From: Candidatus Tectimicrobiota bacterium
GTDB lineage: Bacteria; JACPUC01
NCBI GenBank assembly: GCA_016192455.1
Contig: JACPUC010000027.1
Location: 45,690-65,689 of the forward strand
Direction of reading: 5' to 3'
Length of the DNA: 20,000 nucleotides
Position numbers and translations under genes: made by a program
Shown here: piece by piece, positions 9,405-16,415 of the stretch
Position numbering within the stretch: position 1 is the first letter of the stretch
How the letters are laid out: each line of letters begins with the position of its first letter
The notes under the pieces: generated by a model
The model's input: the letters and a program-made list of their open reading frames with translations, nothing else
What the model was told of the DNA's origin: nothing
Databases searched by the model: none

Positions 9405-9554
9405 GCATCCGCCCCGCGCGCGGGGAAGCTTCAACAGCACCCTGCGTCAATGTTCCACGTGGAACGCATCCGCCCCGCGCGCGGGGAAGCTTCGGGGGAG
9501 CGCAGGCTTCCAGCCTGCCGGCCTTCGAATCCGCTTCACGCACGCGGAGGCGCC
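9405..9554. repeat. CRISPR-like mini-array: 28-bp repeat GCATCCGCCCCGCGCGCGGGGAAGCTTC with 33-bp spacers
   Basis: Identical copies at 9405-9432 and 9466-9493; degenerate copy (19/28) at 9527-9554 in exact 61-bp register; internal palindrome CCCCGCGCGCGGGG. The repeat is certain; a CRISPR origin is not, and there are no cas genes in the window. Confidence 0.7.
9451..9466. promoter_or_regulatory. parS: parS-like centromere site TGTTCCACGTGGAACG
   Basis: 15/16 match to the parS palindrome TGTTCCACGTGGAACA; the 14-bp core GTTCCACGTGGAAC is perfect; intergenic. Confidence 0.7.
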
Positions 9555-9625
9555 GACCGGCAGGTGAAGCCTTACGGCGGGAAAGAACTTCATCGACCGC
9601 GCAGGCAAGGAGTAAGGAGCAACTC

Positions 9626-11395
9626 ATGGCCGCAACCGGGGTGAATCCCATTACCTTGTCCACGGTGTGGCACACCATGCAAACGGTCTGTCGCGAGATG
9701 CGGCACGTCATGGACCGCACCGCCCAGAACTACCTCATGGGGCAGCTCCACGACATCTCCGTCGGCATCTGGGACGCGCAGGGGCGCACCCTGGCCGTGC
9801 CGGTGGGTTTGCCGTCGCAGTTCCTCGGTTCCTCGTTTGCGGTGCGGGACATGGTGGGGAAGTTCAAGGGCAACCTGAACCCCGGCGACATCATCCTCAC
9901 CAACGATCCCTACCACGGTGGGCACAACTGCCATCTCCCCGACTGGGGATTCTTCCGGCCCATCTTCTACGACGGGGAGCTGATGTTCGTCACCCTGGCG
10001 CGCGCCCACCAGGAGGATACCGGCGGCTCCTACCCGGGGGGATACTTCCCGAACGGCTACGACATCCATGCCGAGGGGCTCTGCATCCCGCCCCTGAAGG
10101 TGTACGATCGGGGGGTGGAGAAGACGGAGCTGTTCGAGCTGATCTGGAACAACGTGCGCTGGCCGCAAGGGGTGCGCGTTGACAACTACTCGATGATCGC
10201 TTCGACGGCGTGGTGTGAGAAACGGCTCGTCGCCATGCTGAAGAAGTACGGCAAGGAAACGGTGCGGGCTTGCCTCGACGAGATGATTCGGCGCACGGAG
10301 CAGGCGGTGCGCAAGGAGATTCGCGCCATCCCCAACGGCACGTACTACGGCGAAGCGGCCACCGACGACGATGGGACGACCCTCGATGAGCCGGTGTGGG
10401 TGCGCGTGCAGGTGACCGTGAAGGGCGACCGCATAAAGCTGGACTTCTCGAAGAGCGACAAGCAGCGCAAGGGGTTCATTAACAGCGTCTACGCCGCCAC
10501 ATACGGGAACGCCGTCGCCGGCGCGGTGCTCGTCTTCGATCCAGCCCTAGCCGAGTACCACAACGAAGGGACGCTGCGCCCCATGGAGGTCATCGCGCCG
10601 CTGGGGTTGGTGGTGAACTGCGAGTACCCGGCCACCGTCGGCGCCTCGCCGGTGAACGTCGGCACCCAGGTCATGGAGGCCGTGGTCATGGCGCTCTCCC
10701 AGGCCCTTCCCGAACGAGCCGCCGCCGCCTGGGGCAAGCACCGCGGCGACTACGTCTTCGGCATCGATCCGCGCAGCGGCGAACGCTACGTGCGCACCTC
10801 CTTCGACTATGACGGCAGCGCCGGGGCGGTGAGCGGCTTCGACGGCTACCAGGGCATCTCCTCCATAGCGGCCCTGGGCGCCGTGACCCGCGGCAACATC
10901 GAGGAGATGGAAATCCGCATCCCCTTCTTCATGCACAAGCTCGAGTTCGCCACCGATCTGCAGGGGGCGGGGCGCTGGCGCGGAGGGCCGGGCGTCTACT
11001 GGGAGGCGCAGAACCAGGGGAGCGACTCCGGCATGGCCACCGGCAGCTCCGACGGCGATACGACGTTCGGTCCCGGAGCGCTGGGCGGCGAGCCCTGTCC
11101 CCCCTGCCGTACTTACATCCAGCGGGGCGAGCAGCGCATGCGGGTCAAACCGCACCGCCTCGTGCAGCTCAAGAACAGCGACGTGGTCATCAAGGTCAGC
11201 AGCGGCGGCGGCGGGGTCGGCAACCCCAAAGAGCGCGACCCGGAACTGGTGGCCAAGGATGTGCGCAACGAACTCGTCTCGCTGCAAGCCGCCCGCAGGA
11301 CTTATAAAGTGGCGCTCGACCCGAAAACGCTTGCCGTGGACGCGCAGGCGACGAAACGCCTGCGCAGCCGTAGCGCCAGGGGTGCGAAGCGATGA
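9626..11395 (+). CDS. Hydantoinase B/oxoprolinase family protein (copy 2, 589 aa)
   Basis: Start moved to ATG 9626 after AAGGAG; motifs NDPYHGG..HLPD, RAHQEDTGG, EGLCIPP, GAGRWRGG, GGGGVGNP.ERD. Confidence 0.95.
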   Translation: MAATGVNPITLSTVWHTMQTVCREMRHVMDRTAQNYLMGQLHDISVGIWDAQGRTLAVPVGLPSQFLGSSFAVRDMVGKFKGNLNPGDIILTNDPYHGGHNCHLPDWGFFRPIFYDGELMFVTLARAHQEDTGGSYPGGYFPNGYDIHAEGLCIPPLKVYDRGVEKTELFELIWNNVRWPQGVRVDNYSMIASTAWCEKRLVAMLKKYGKETVRACLDEMIRRTEQAVRKEIRAIPNGTYYGEAATDDDGTTLDEPVWVRVQVTVKGDRIKLDFSKSDKQRKGFINSVYAATYGNAVAGAVLVFDPALAEYHNEGTLRPMEVIAPLGLVVNCEYPATVGASPVNVGTQVMEAVVMALSQALPERAAAAWGKHRGDYVFGIDPRSGERYVRTSFDYDGSAGAVSGFDGYQGISSIAALGAVTRGNIEEMEIRIPFFMHKLEFATDLQGAGRWRGGPGVYWEAQNQGSDSGMATGSSDGDTTFGPGALGGEPCPPCRTYIQRGEQRMRVKPHRLVQLKNSDVVIKVSSGGGGVGNPKERDPELVAKDVRNELVSLQAARRTYKVALDPKTLAVDAQATKRLRSRSARGAKR

Positions 11396-11564
11396 GACGC
11401 GGCGGCGCCTCGAGGCGCTCCGCTGGCGCCGCAATCGCCGCCGACGGGGGCGGGGAGGCGGGCGGCTCGTGAGGGCGTTCGCAGGCTTAAGAGGCTGCGC
11501 CGCGGCGGCGCCTCGACAGGCATCTCTTCGAAGTTCTCCTCACCCGATCACGGGAGAGACGTCC

Positions 11565-13958
11565 ATGGAACAGGCGGAGCGCACCATCCATCGAGTGCAA
11601 AGCTACTGCGCCACCTCGTGTTCGCACTGCGGGGTGATCTGCGAAGTCGAGGACGGGAAACTGACCAAGGTGCTGACCGATCCCGACCATCCGAACGGCG
11701 GCATCTGCATCAAAGGGAAGGCGGGGCCGGAGGTCATCTATCATCCCCAGCGTCTCCTGCAGCCGCTGAAACGCACCACCCCGAAGGGGAGCAAGGACCC
11801 CGGCTGGCAACGCATTAGCTGGGACGAGGCGCTGGACACCATGGCGAGCACGTTGCGCGAGCTGCGCGAACGCCATGGCGCGGAATCGGTGGTCTTCTGC
11901 CGCCCGGCCCCCGGCGGCTCCAGCGCCTGCGATTACGACCACTTCGTGATGCGCTTCGCCAACGCCTTCGGCAGCCCCAACACCGTGGCGACGACGCACG
12001 TCTGCAACTGGCACAAGGACGTGGGATCGAGCTACACCTACGGCATCGGCATTCCGCCCGCCGACTTCCGGCGCGCCGCCTGCATCCTCATCTGGGGGCA
12101 TAACCCCACCGCGAGCTGGCATATCCATGCCCAGCGCATCAGCCGCGCCAAGGCGCGCGGCGCCAAGCTGCTCGTCATCGATCCGCTGCGCAACCGGCTC
12201 GCCGCCAAGGCCGACCTGTGGCTTCAGGTGCGCCCCGGCAGCGACGGCGCCCTGGCCCTCAGCCTGATCGCCACGCTGATCGAGGAAGAGCTCTACGACG
12301 CCGCATTCGTCAGGAGCTGGACCAACGCCCCGTTCCTGGTGCGCCCGGATACCGGCGCCCTCCTGCGCGCGGCCGATCTCCAGGAGGATGGCGGAGAGGG
12401 CTACGTCGTGTGGGATGAGAGCCGCGGCGCCCCGGTCAGCCATCTCCGCCTGCGCGACCATGCCGTCCGCCCGGCGCTGCGGGGCACCTACCACGTCAGC
12501 CTGGCGGACGGGCGCACCCTGAGCTGCCGGCCGGCGTTCGAGGGGCTGGCCGAGCTGGCCGCCGCCTACACGCCGGAACGCGCCGCAGCCATCCATTGGG
12601 TGCCGGCCCAGCAGGTGCGCGCCGCGGCTCGCATGTTCACCCAGAACGGCCCCTCCTGCTACTACACGTACAATGGGCTGGAGCAACATACGAATGCGAT
12701 GCAGACGAATCGAGCCGTCTGCATCTTCTATGCACTCAGCGGCTTTTTTGACGCGCCGGGCGGCAATGTGATCTTCCCGACGGTGCCGAGCAAGAACCTG
12801 CAAGGCACGGAGTTCCTGCCGGCCGAGCAAGCGCGGCGGCGCCTGGGAATCGAGAAACGTCCACTCGGGCCGCCGTCTACCGGGGCGGTCCAGGCTTACG
12901 AGGTCTACACCGCGATCCTGACCGGGAAACCTTATCCGGTGAAAGGGTTCGTGAGTTTCGGCGGCAATATCGTGCAGGCGAATGGGGACAGCCAGCGGGG
13001 TTACGAAGCCCTCAGACAACTCGATTTCTATGCCCAGGTGGAGCTGTTCGAGACCCCCACGTCCCGCCTCGCCGACCTTCTGCTCCCCGCCGCAACCCAT
13101 TGGGAAGCGGGCACGCTGAGGGTGGGCTTCGGTCAGGATGAAACCACGTCGGGCTATGTGCAGTACCGTCAGCCTGTCATCGAACCGCTGGGCGAGAGTC
13201 GCCCCGACGTGCGGATCATCTTCGATCTGGCGCAGCGGATGTGCCTGGGGGAGAAGTTTTGGCGCGGCGACATCGAGGCGGCCTGGCGCGAGCAGCTCAG
13301 CCCCTCCGGTTTGAACCTGGAAGAGCTGCGGCGCCATCCGGGCGGCGTCAATGTGCCGCTGCCGGTGCGCTTCCGCAAGTACCGCGGCGCCGACGAGCCG
13401 TCCGCCACGGCGCCGGCCTTCAACACCCCCACCGGCAAGATCGAGATTTACTCCGAGCGCTTCCTCGCCCACGGCTTCGCGCCCTTGCCGGTGTACGAGG
13501 AGCCCTTCTACAGCGAGGCGCGCAACCCTGATCTGGCGCGGCAGTACCCGCACATCCTCATCACCGTCAAGGTCCTGCAATTCTGTCACGGCCAGCACCG
13601 CGCCATGCCAAGCCTGCGCGGGGCGGTGCCCTATCCCACCATCGAGGTTCATCCCCAAACCGCGGCGGCTCTGCGGATTGCGGACGGCGAGTGGGTGGCG
13701 GTGGAAACCTTCCACGGCTCCGTGCGCCTGAAGGCGAGCCTCAGCACCCGCCTCGATCCACGCGTCGTCGTGGCGCAGCATGGCTGGTGGCAGGAATGCC
13801 CCGGCCTTGACTTGCCGGGCTTCGATCCGTTCAGCTCCAGCGGCGCCAATATCAACCTGGTCTACACCAATGACCAGGTCGACCCCATCACCGGCTCGGT
13901 GCCGTTCAAATCGTTCCGCTGCCGCTTGCGCAAGCTCGCGGCCGACGCGGCGGAGTAA
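11565..13958 (+). CDS. Molybdopterin (bis-PGD) oxidoreductase catalytic subunit, DMSO reductase superfamily, probably acetylene-hydratase-like clade (797 aa)
   Basis: ATG 11565 after GGGAGAG; N-terminal Fe-S motif C...C..CG...HP.GGICIKG; RISWDEALD, IWGHNP, VIDP, VRPGSD, ADLLLPAATHWE, FNTPTGKIE motifs; C-terminal MGD-binding domain (HGWW); no Tat signal. Confidence 0.92.
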   Translation: MEQAERTIHRVQSYCATSCSHCGVICEVEDGKLTKVLTDPDHPNGGICIKGKAGPEVIYHPQRLLQPLKRTTPKGSKDPGWQRISWDEALDTMASTLRELRERHGAESVVFCRPAPGGSSACDYDHFVMRFANAFGSPNTVATTHVCNWHKDVGSSYTYGIGIPPADFRRAACILIWGHNPTASWHIHAQRISRAKARGAKLLVIDPLRNRLAAKADLWLQVRPGSDGALALSLIATLIEEELYDAAFVRSWTNAPFLVRPDTGALLRAADLQEDGGEGYVVWDESRGAPVSHLRLRDHAVRPALRGTYHVSLADGRTLSCRPAFEGLAELAAAYTPERAAAIHWVPAQQVRAAARMFTQNGPSCYYTYNGLEQHTNAMQTNRAVCIFYALSGFFDAPGGNVIFPTVPSKNLQGTEFLPAEQARRRLGIEKRPLGPPSTGAVQAYEVYTAILTGKPYPVKGFVSFGGNIVQANGDSQRGYEALRQLDFYAQVELFETPTSRLADLLLPAATHWEAGTLRVGFGQDETTSGYVQYRQPVIEPLGESRPDVRIIFDLAQRMCLGEKFWRGDIEAAWREQLSPSGLNLEELRRHPGGVNVPLPVRFRKYRGADEPSATAPAFNTPTGKIEIYSERFLAHGFAPLPVYEEPFYSEARNPDLARQYPHILITVKVLQFCHGQHRAMPSLRGAVPYPTIEVHPQTAAALRIADGEWVAVETFHGSVRLKASLSTRLDPRVVVAQHGWWQECPGLDLPGFDPFSSSGANINLVYTNDQVDPITGSVPFKSFRCRLRKLAADAAE

Positions 13959-14003
13959 CCCTGGCCGCGGCCGGTCAAAAAACCGTGCGCCGAACAGAAG
14001 CGG

Positions 14004-14037
14004 GAGGTGAACCGCGAAGAGCGGCGGGGTTCACCTC
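14004..14037. terminator. Hairpin downstream of the molybdoenzyme gene
   Basis: GAGGTGAACC (14004-14013) / GGTTCACCTC (14028-14037), a perfect 10-bp stem; no U-tract. Confidence 0.45.
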
Positions 14038-14495
14038 TCCGGGAAGTACGTGATTCTCCAGCGTGGCGCTGGCGTTCAGTGGTCGCCGGACTGGCTCTAC
14101 GGGGAGCAGCCGGACCCCGCGGTGCAGCACGACAACAGGCTGCCCTCATCCGGTCGCCGGGGTTCGACGAGTTGGCGGAGGGGCTGCAAGCCATTCTCTT
14201 AGGTGAGGGGATGGTGCAGGGGGTCGGCGGACTGACCGCGGAGGCGGCGCAGCACCTCATGCGCCTCGACGTGGTGAGTCGCGAGTGACCGCCGACCGCG
14301 GAGTTCTACCGGCAGGAGTTGGCGGCCTTCCACGATGAGCAGAGGAAGAGACGGGCGGAGAGGGTGGAGGTGCGGCGGAACGAGGACGAGAAGCTCATCG
14401 AGCTGGTGCAACGGTTGCGGGGCCACCCGAAGCTGCGGGCCGTCGTCTCCGAGATGGTCAAGAAGATGATCGAGGTGTACGAGAAGGAGTCGTGA
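14011..14495 (+). pseudogene. Decayed gene of unknown function (apparent frameshift plus in-frame TGA)
   Basis: Coding-like GKYVILQRGAGVQWSPDWLYGEQPD in one frame, then LIRSPGFDELAEGLQ...VSRE*PPTAEFYRQE...MIEVYEKES* in another, with TGA at 14286-14288 inside an otherwise open frame. Confidence 0.5.
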
Positions 14496-14624
14496 GGAGT
14501 AGGTGGCGCAATGTAACTGAAGCTCCGTCCGCGGCGGGCGCGTGGAGCATTATTATCGGTATTTCAATGGGTTGGCAAAGTAATGCGGTGTAACGCCCGC
14601 CGGCCGGGTGGGAAAGGCCGGTGC

Positions 14625-14641
14625 TTGGCATTGACGTTGCG
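14625..14641 (+). promoter_or_regulatory. Sigma54-type -24/-12 promoter
   Basis: TTGGCATTGACGTTGCG: GG at 14627-14628, exactly 10 nt, then GC at 14639-14640, with TGGCA and TTGC both matching consensus; about 90 bp upstream of the ATG at 14733. Confidence 0.6.
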
Positions 14642-14732
14642 TATACATTGTCACAGATTTGTGGTAGAGGCTACCCCTGGCTGAAAACCCAGAAGAGTAT
14701 AGAGCCTCGGGCTGGACGCGCAGGTAAACTAA

Positions 14733-15119
14733 ATGGCTGACCAACCAGAACAACAACCTTCTCGGCCTCCGCAGCCGTTGCCGCCACTGCAACCGCCAAT
14801 CCGGCAGCCGCCACTTTTCTATAGCAACGTGGCACGCGTTATGCATACTGAATATGATGTGTTCATAGATTTTGCGACACGCTTACCGGATACACCAGAC
14901 TTTGCAGCCATAAGTGCCAGGATTGTGATGAGTCCTCAGCATACAAAGGCGCTCCTGAAGGCTCTTTTTGAGCATCTAAAGAAGTACGAAGAATCCTACG
15001 GAAAGATTCCATTGCCTGGAGATTTTGTAATGGAAAAGTCTATTAAGGAGTTCTTTAACAACGTTGAGCGCAGTAAACCGGGTGAAGGAGAGACCAATGC
15101 AGGGGTACAAGGTCCGTGA
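14733..15119 (+). CDS. DUF3467 family protein
   Basis: YSNVARVMHTEYDVFIDF...ARIVMSPQHTKALLKAL...KYEESYGKI matches the DUF3467 pattern as I recall it; Pro/Gln-rich N-terminus. Confidence 0.78.
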   Translation: MADQPEQQPSRPPQPLPPLQPPIRQPPLFYSNVARVMHTEYDVFIDFATRLPDTPDFAAISARIVMSPQHTKALLKALFEHLKKYEESYGKIPLPGDFVMEKSIKEFFNNVERSKPGEGETNAGVQGP

Positions 15120-15324
15120 AGTATCAGCGGATGAAGTAATTTCTAAGGACCTGTTTGAAGTGTGGCCACGCATGGGTGCCTATGTTCATATCACGCACGC
15201 GCGAGATGTTACCTTTTACGTACAGGAGAATGAGGACGAAGACGACCTGCGCGCTCACCGTCTAGCGATGCAGGAAGAGGGGGGGCGTCCTTGGGGCGAT
15301 GTGAAACGAGAGCTGGAACTTTAG
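15097..15324 (+). CDS. Putative type II antitoxin (75 aa), possibly a divergent Phd/YefM N-terminus
   Basis: ATG 15097 after AAGGAG; acidic C-terminus EDEDDLRA...PWGDVKRELEL typical of RelE/ParE-neutralising tails; lies directly upstream of the toxin. Confidence 0.75.
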   Translation: MQGYKVREVSADEVISKDLFEVWPRMGAYVHITHARDVTFYVQENEDEDDLRAHRLAMQEEGGRPWGDVKRELEL

Positions 15325-15330
15325 ACCCCC

Positions 15331-15588
15331 TTGCCATATCAGGTGATTCTCAAGCCCGGCGCTCAACGCGACCTTAAGCGCCTCGACAATCCAGTGCGCA
15401 AAAGGGTTGCGGTTGCTTTAGATCGGCTCCTGGAAAATCCTCGACACCATGGAGTCACACCCCTGGTTGAGGGGGAAAATGTGTATCGCGTCAGGGTTGG
15501 AGAATGGCGTATCATTTTTGAAATTGCTGATAACGAATCACTCGTAACAGTCTCTCGGATCCGACACCGCCGCGACGCCTATCGTTAG
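15331..15588 (+). CDS. relE: Type II toxin, RelE/StbE family mRNA interferase
   Basis: Y.V.....A.RDLKRL...R.R.......L..NPR...YRVRVGEWRIIFEI...V.V.RI.HRRDAYR; TTG start 6 bp after the antitoxin stop. Confidence 0.92.
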   Translation: MPYQVILKPGAQRDLKRLDNPVRKRVAVALDRLLENPRHHGVTPLVEGENVYRVRVGEWRIIFEIADNESLVTVSRIRHRRDAYR

Positions 15589-15761
15589 CAAACGAGGATC
15601 AGTGAACACTATAAATCCAGAAAAATTCTAATTCTTATCGTTGCCTTGAAACCAGTTTGCTGGGCCATTCCTCCCCCAACATGATGCAATGCTGATCAAA
15701 AAGTAGACCATATAATACAATGGACGCTATAGCAATAACGTCCCCTGGGAAAACACTTGTG

Positions 15762-16212
15762 TTAGTTGAATTCTTCCAGCGTCTCCATCGCCGCCTCCGC
15801 CCGCTTCGCATCGCCCTCGGGCATCAGCACGCCGTCGAACGGCGCCGGCGCGTCCTTCTTCAGCCAGGCCCAGCCCTTGTCGCCTACGGGGGTTGGACGT
15901 AAACGAACTCGGTTCTCTCGAAGGCGTTAGGAAACGCGCACCCCGAGGCCGCGACGAGCCGCGAAGTGGGCCATCAGCGCGTCCGATGCCATTTTCAGCA
16001 CCGGGCCGGCCAGTAGAATCAACAGGGTTGACCACATGGCGAGCTCCTTGCGCCGCCTTGGGCTGCTCCTGGGTCGGCTGCCCGACAGGCGGATCAAGCT
16101 CGCCTCGGTCGCGCGTCCGCAGGGCGATCTTGCTGTCGATGGAGTCGCCGAGTTTGGAGGCGCCCCATTGCACCACCTCGTCGGCGTACCCCATGGCGGT
16201 CAGGCGCTCCAT
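15762..16212 (-). pseudogene. Degraded small-gene cluster, possibly phage lysis/lipoprotein remnants
   Basis: MERLTAMGYADEVVQW... from 16212; MWSTLLILLAGPVLK... at 16037-15927 with an AAGGAG RBS; lipobox-like LVAASGC in the +1 frame (Cys codon 15938-15940); tail WLKKDAPAPFDGVLMPEG...EEFN* ending at 15762. Confidence 0.4.
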
Positions 16213-16386
16213 AAGAAGTCGCCCCTCACCCTCCCCGCCGGCCCCCCTTGCTAATAACGCGCGATGATTCCCCCGCCTCTCCTGACGCTCTGTCTGCGGG
16301 GAGCGTACACCCTCAGCCACACCTGCTTGGCGCCGGCGTTCGCCGCCCGCGCATCCCTGACAAGCCAGCGCCGAGTGCGCCGCACC

Positions 16387-16415
16387 TTGACTTAGCACAA
16401 TGGATAACGTATATG
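16387..16415 (+). promoter_or_regulatory. Candidate sigma70 promoter
   Basis: TTGACT, 17-bp spacer, TATATG in an AT-rich patch facing the gene at 16799. Confidence 0.35.

Noticed and set aside
2806-9620. 12-mer GGAGTAAGGAGC at both 2806-2817 and 9609-9620
   Set aside because: It is in the same orientation although the modules are inverted, and chance 12-mer matches are expected in 20 kb.
9260-9625. N-terminal extensions of B2 (and likewise of 467-2593, 7853-9259, 11259-13958 and 16649-18853)
   Set aside because: Each has a downstream ATG with a strong RBS where family similarity begins; B1 confirms the B2 start.
11565-13958. Calling the molybdoenzyme acetylene hydratase, nitrate reductase or formate dehydrogenase
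   Set aside because: It lacks the acetylene hydratase catalytic Asp, and the diagnostic active-site motifs and partner genes of the others are not evident.
13960-13985. Hairpin plus A-run after the molybdoenzyme gene as an intrinsic terminator
   Set aside because: The run is A on the plus strand and precedes the stem on the minus strand, so neither strand has a 3' U-tract.
14572-14586. Second sigma54-like motif TTGGCAAAGTAATGC
   Set aside because: GG-to-GC spacing is 9 nt, not the required 10.
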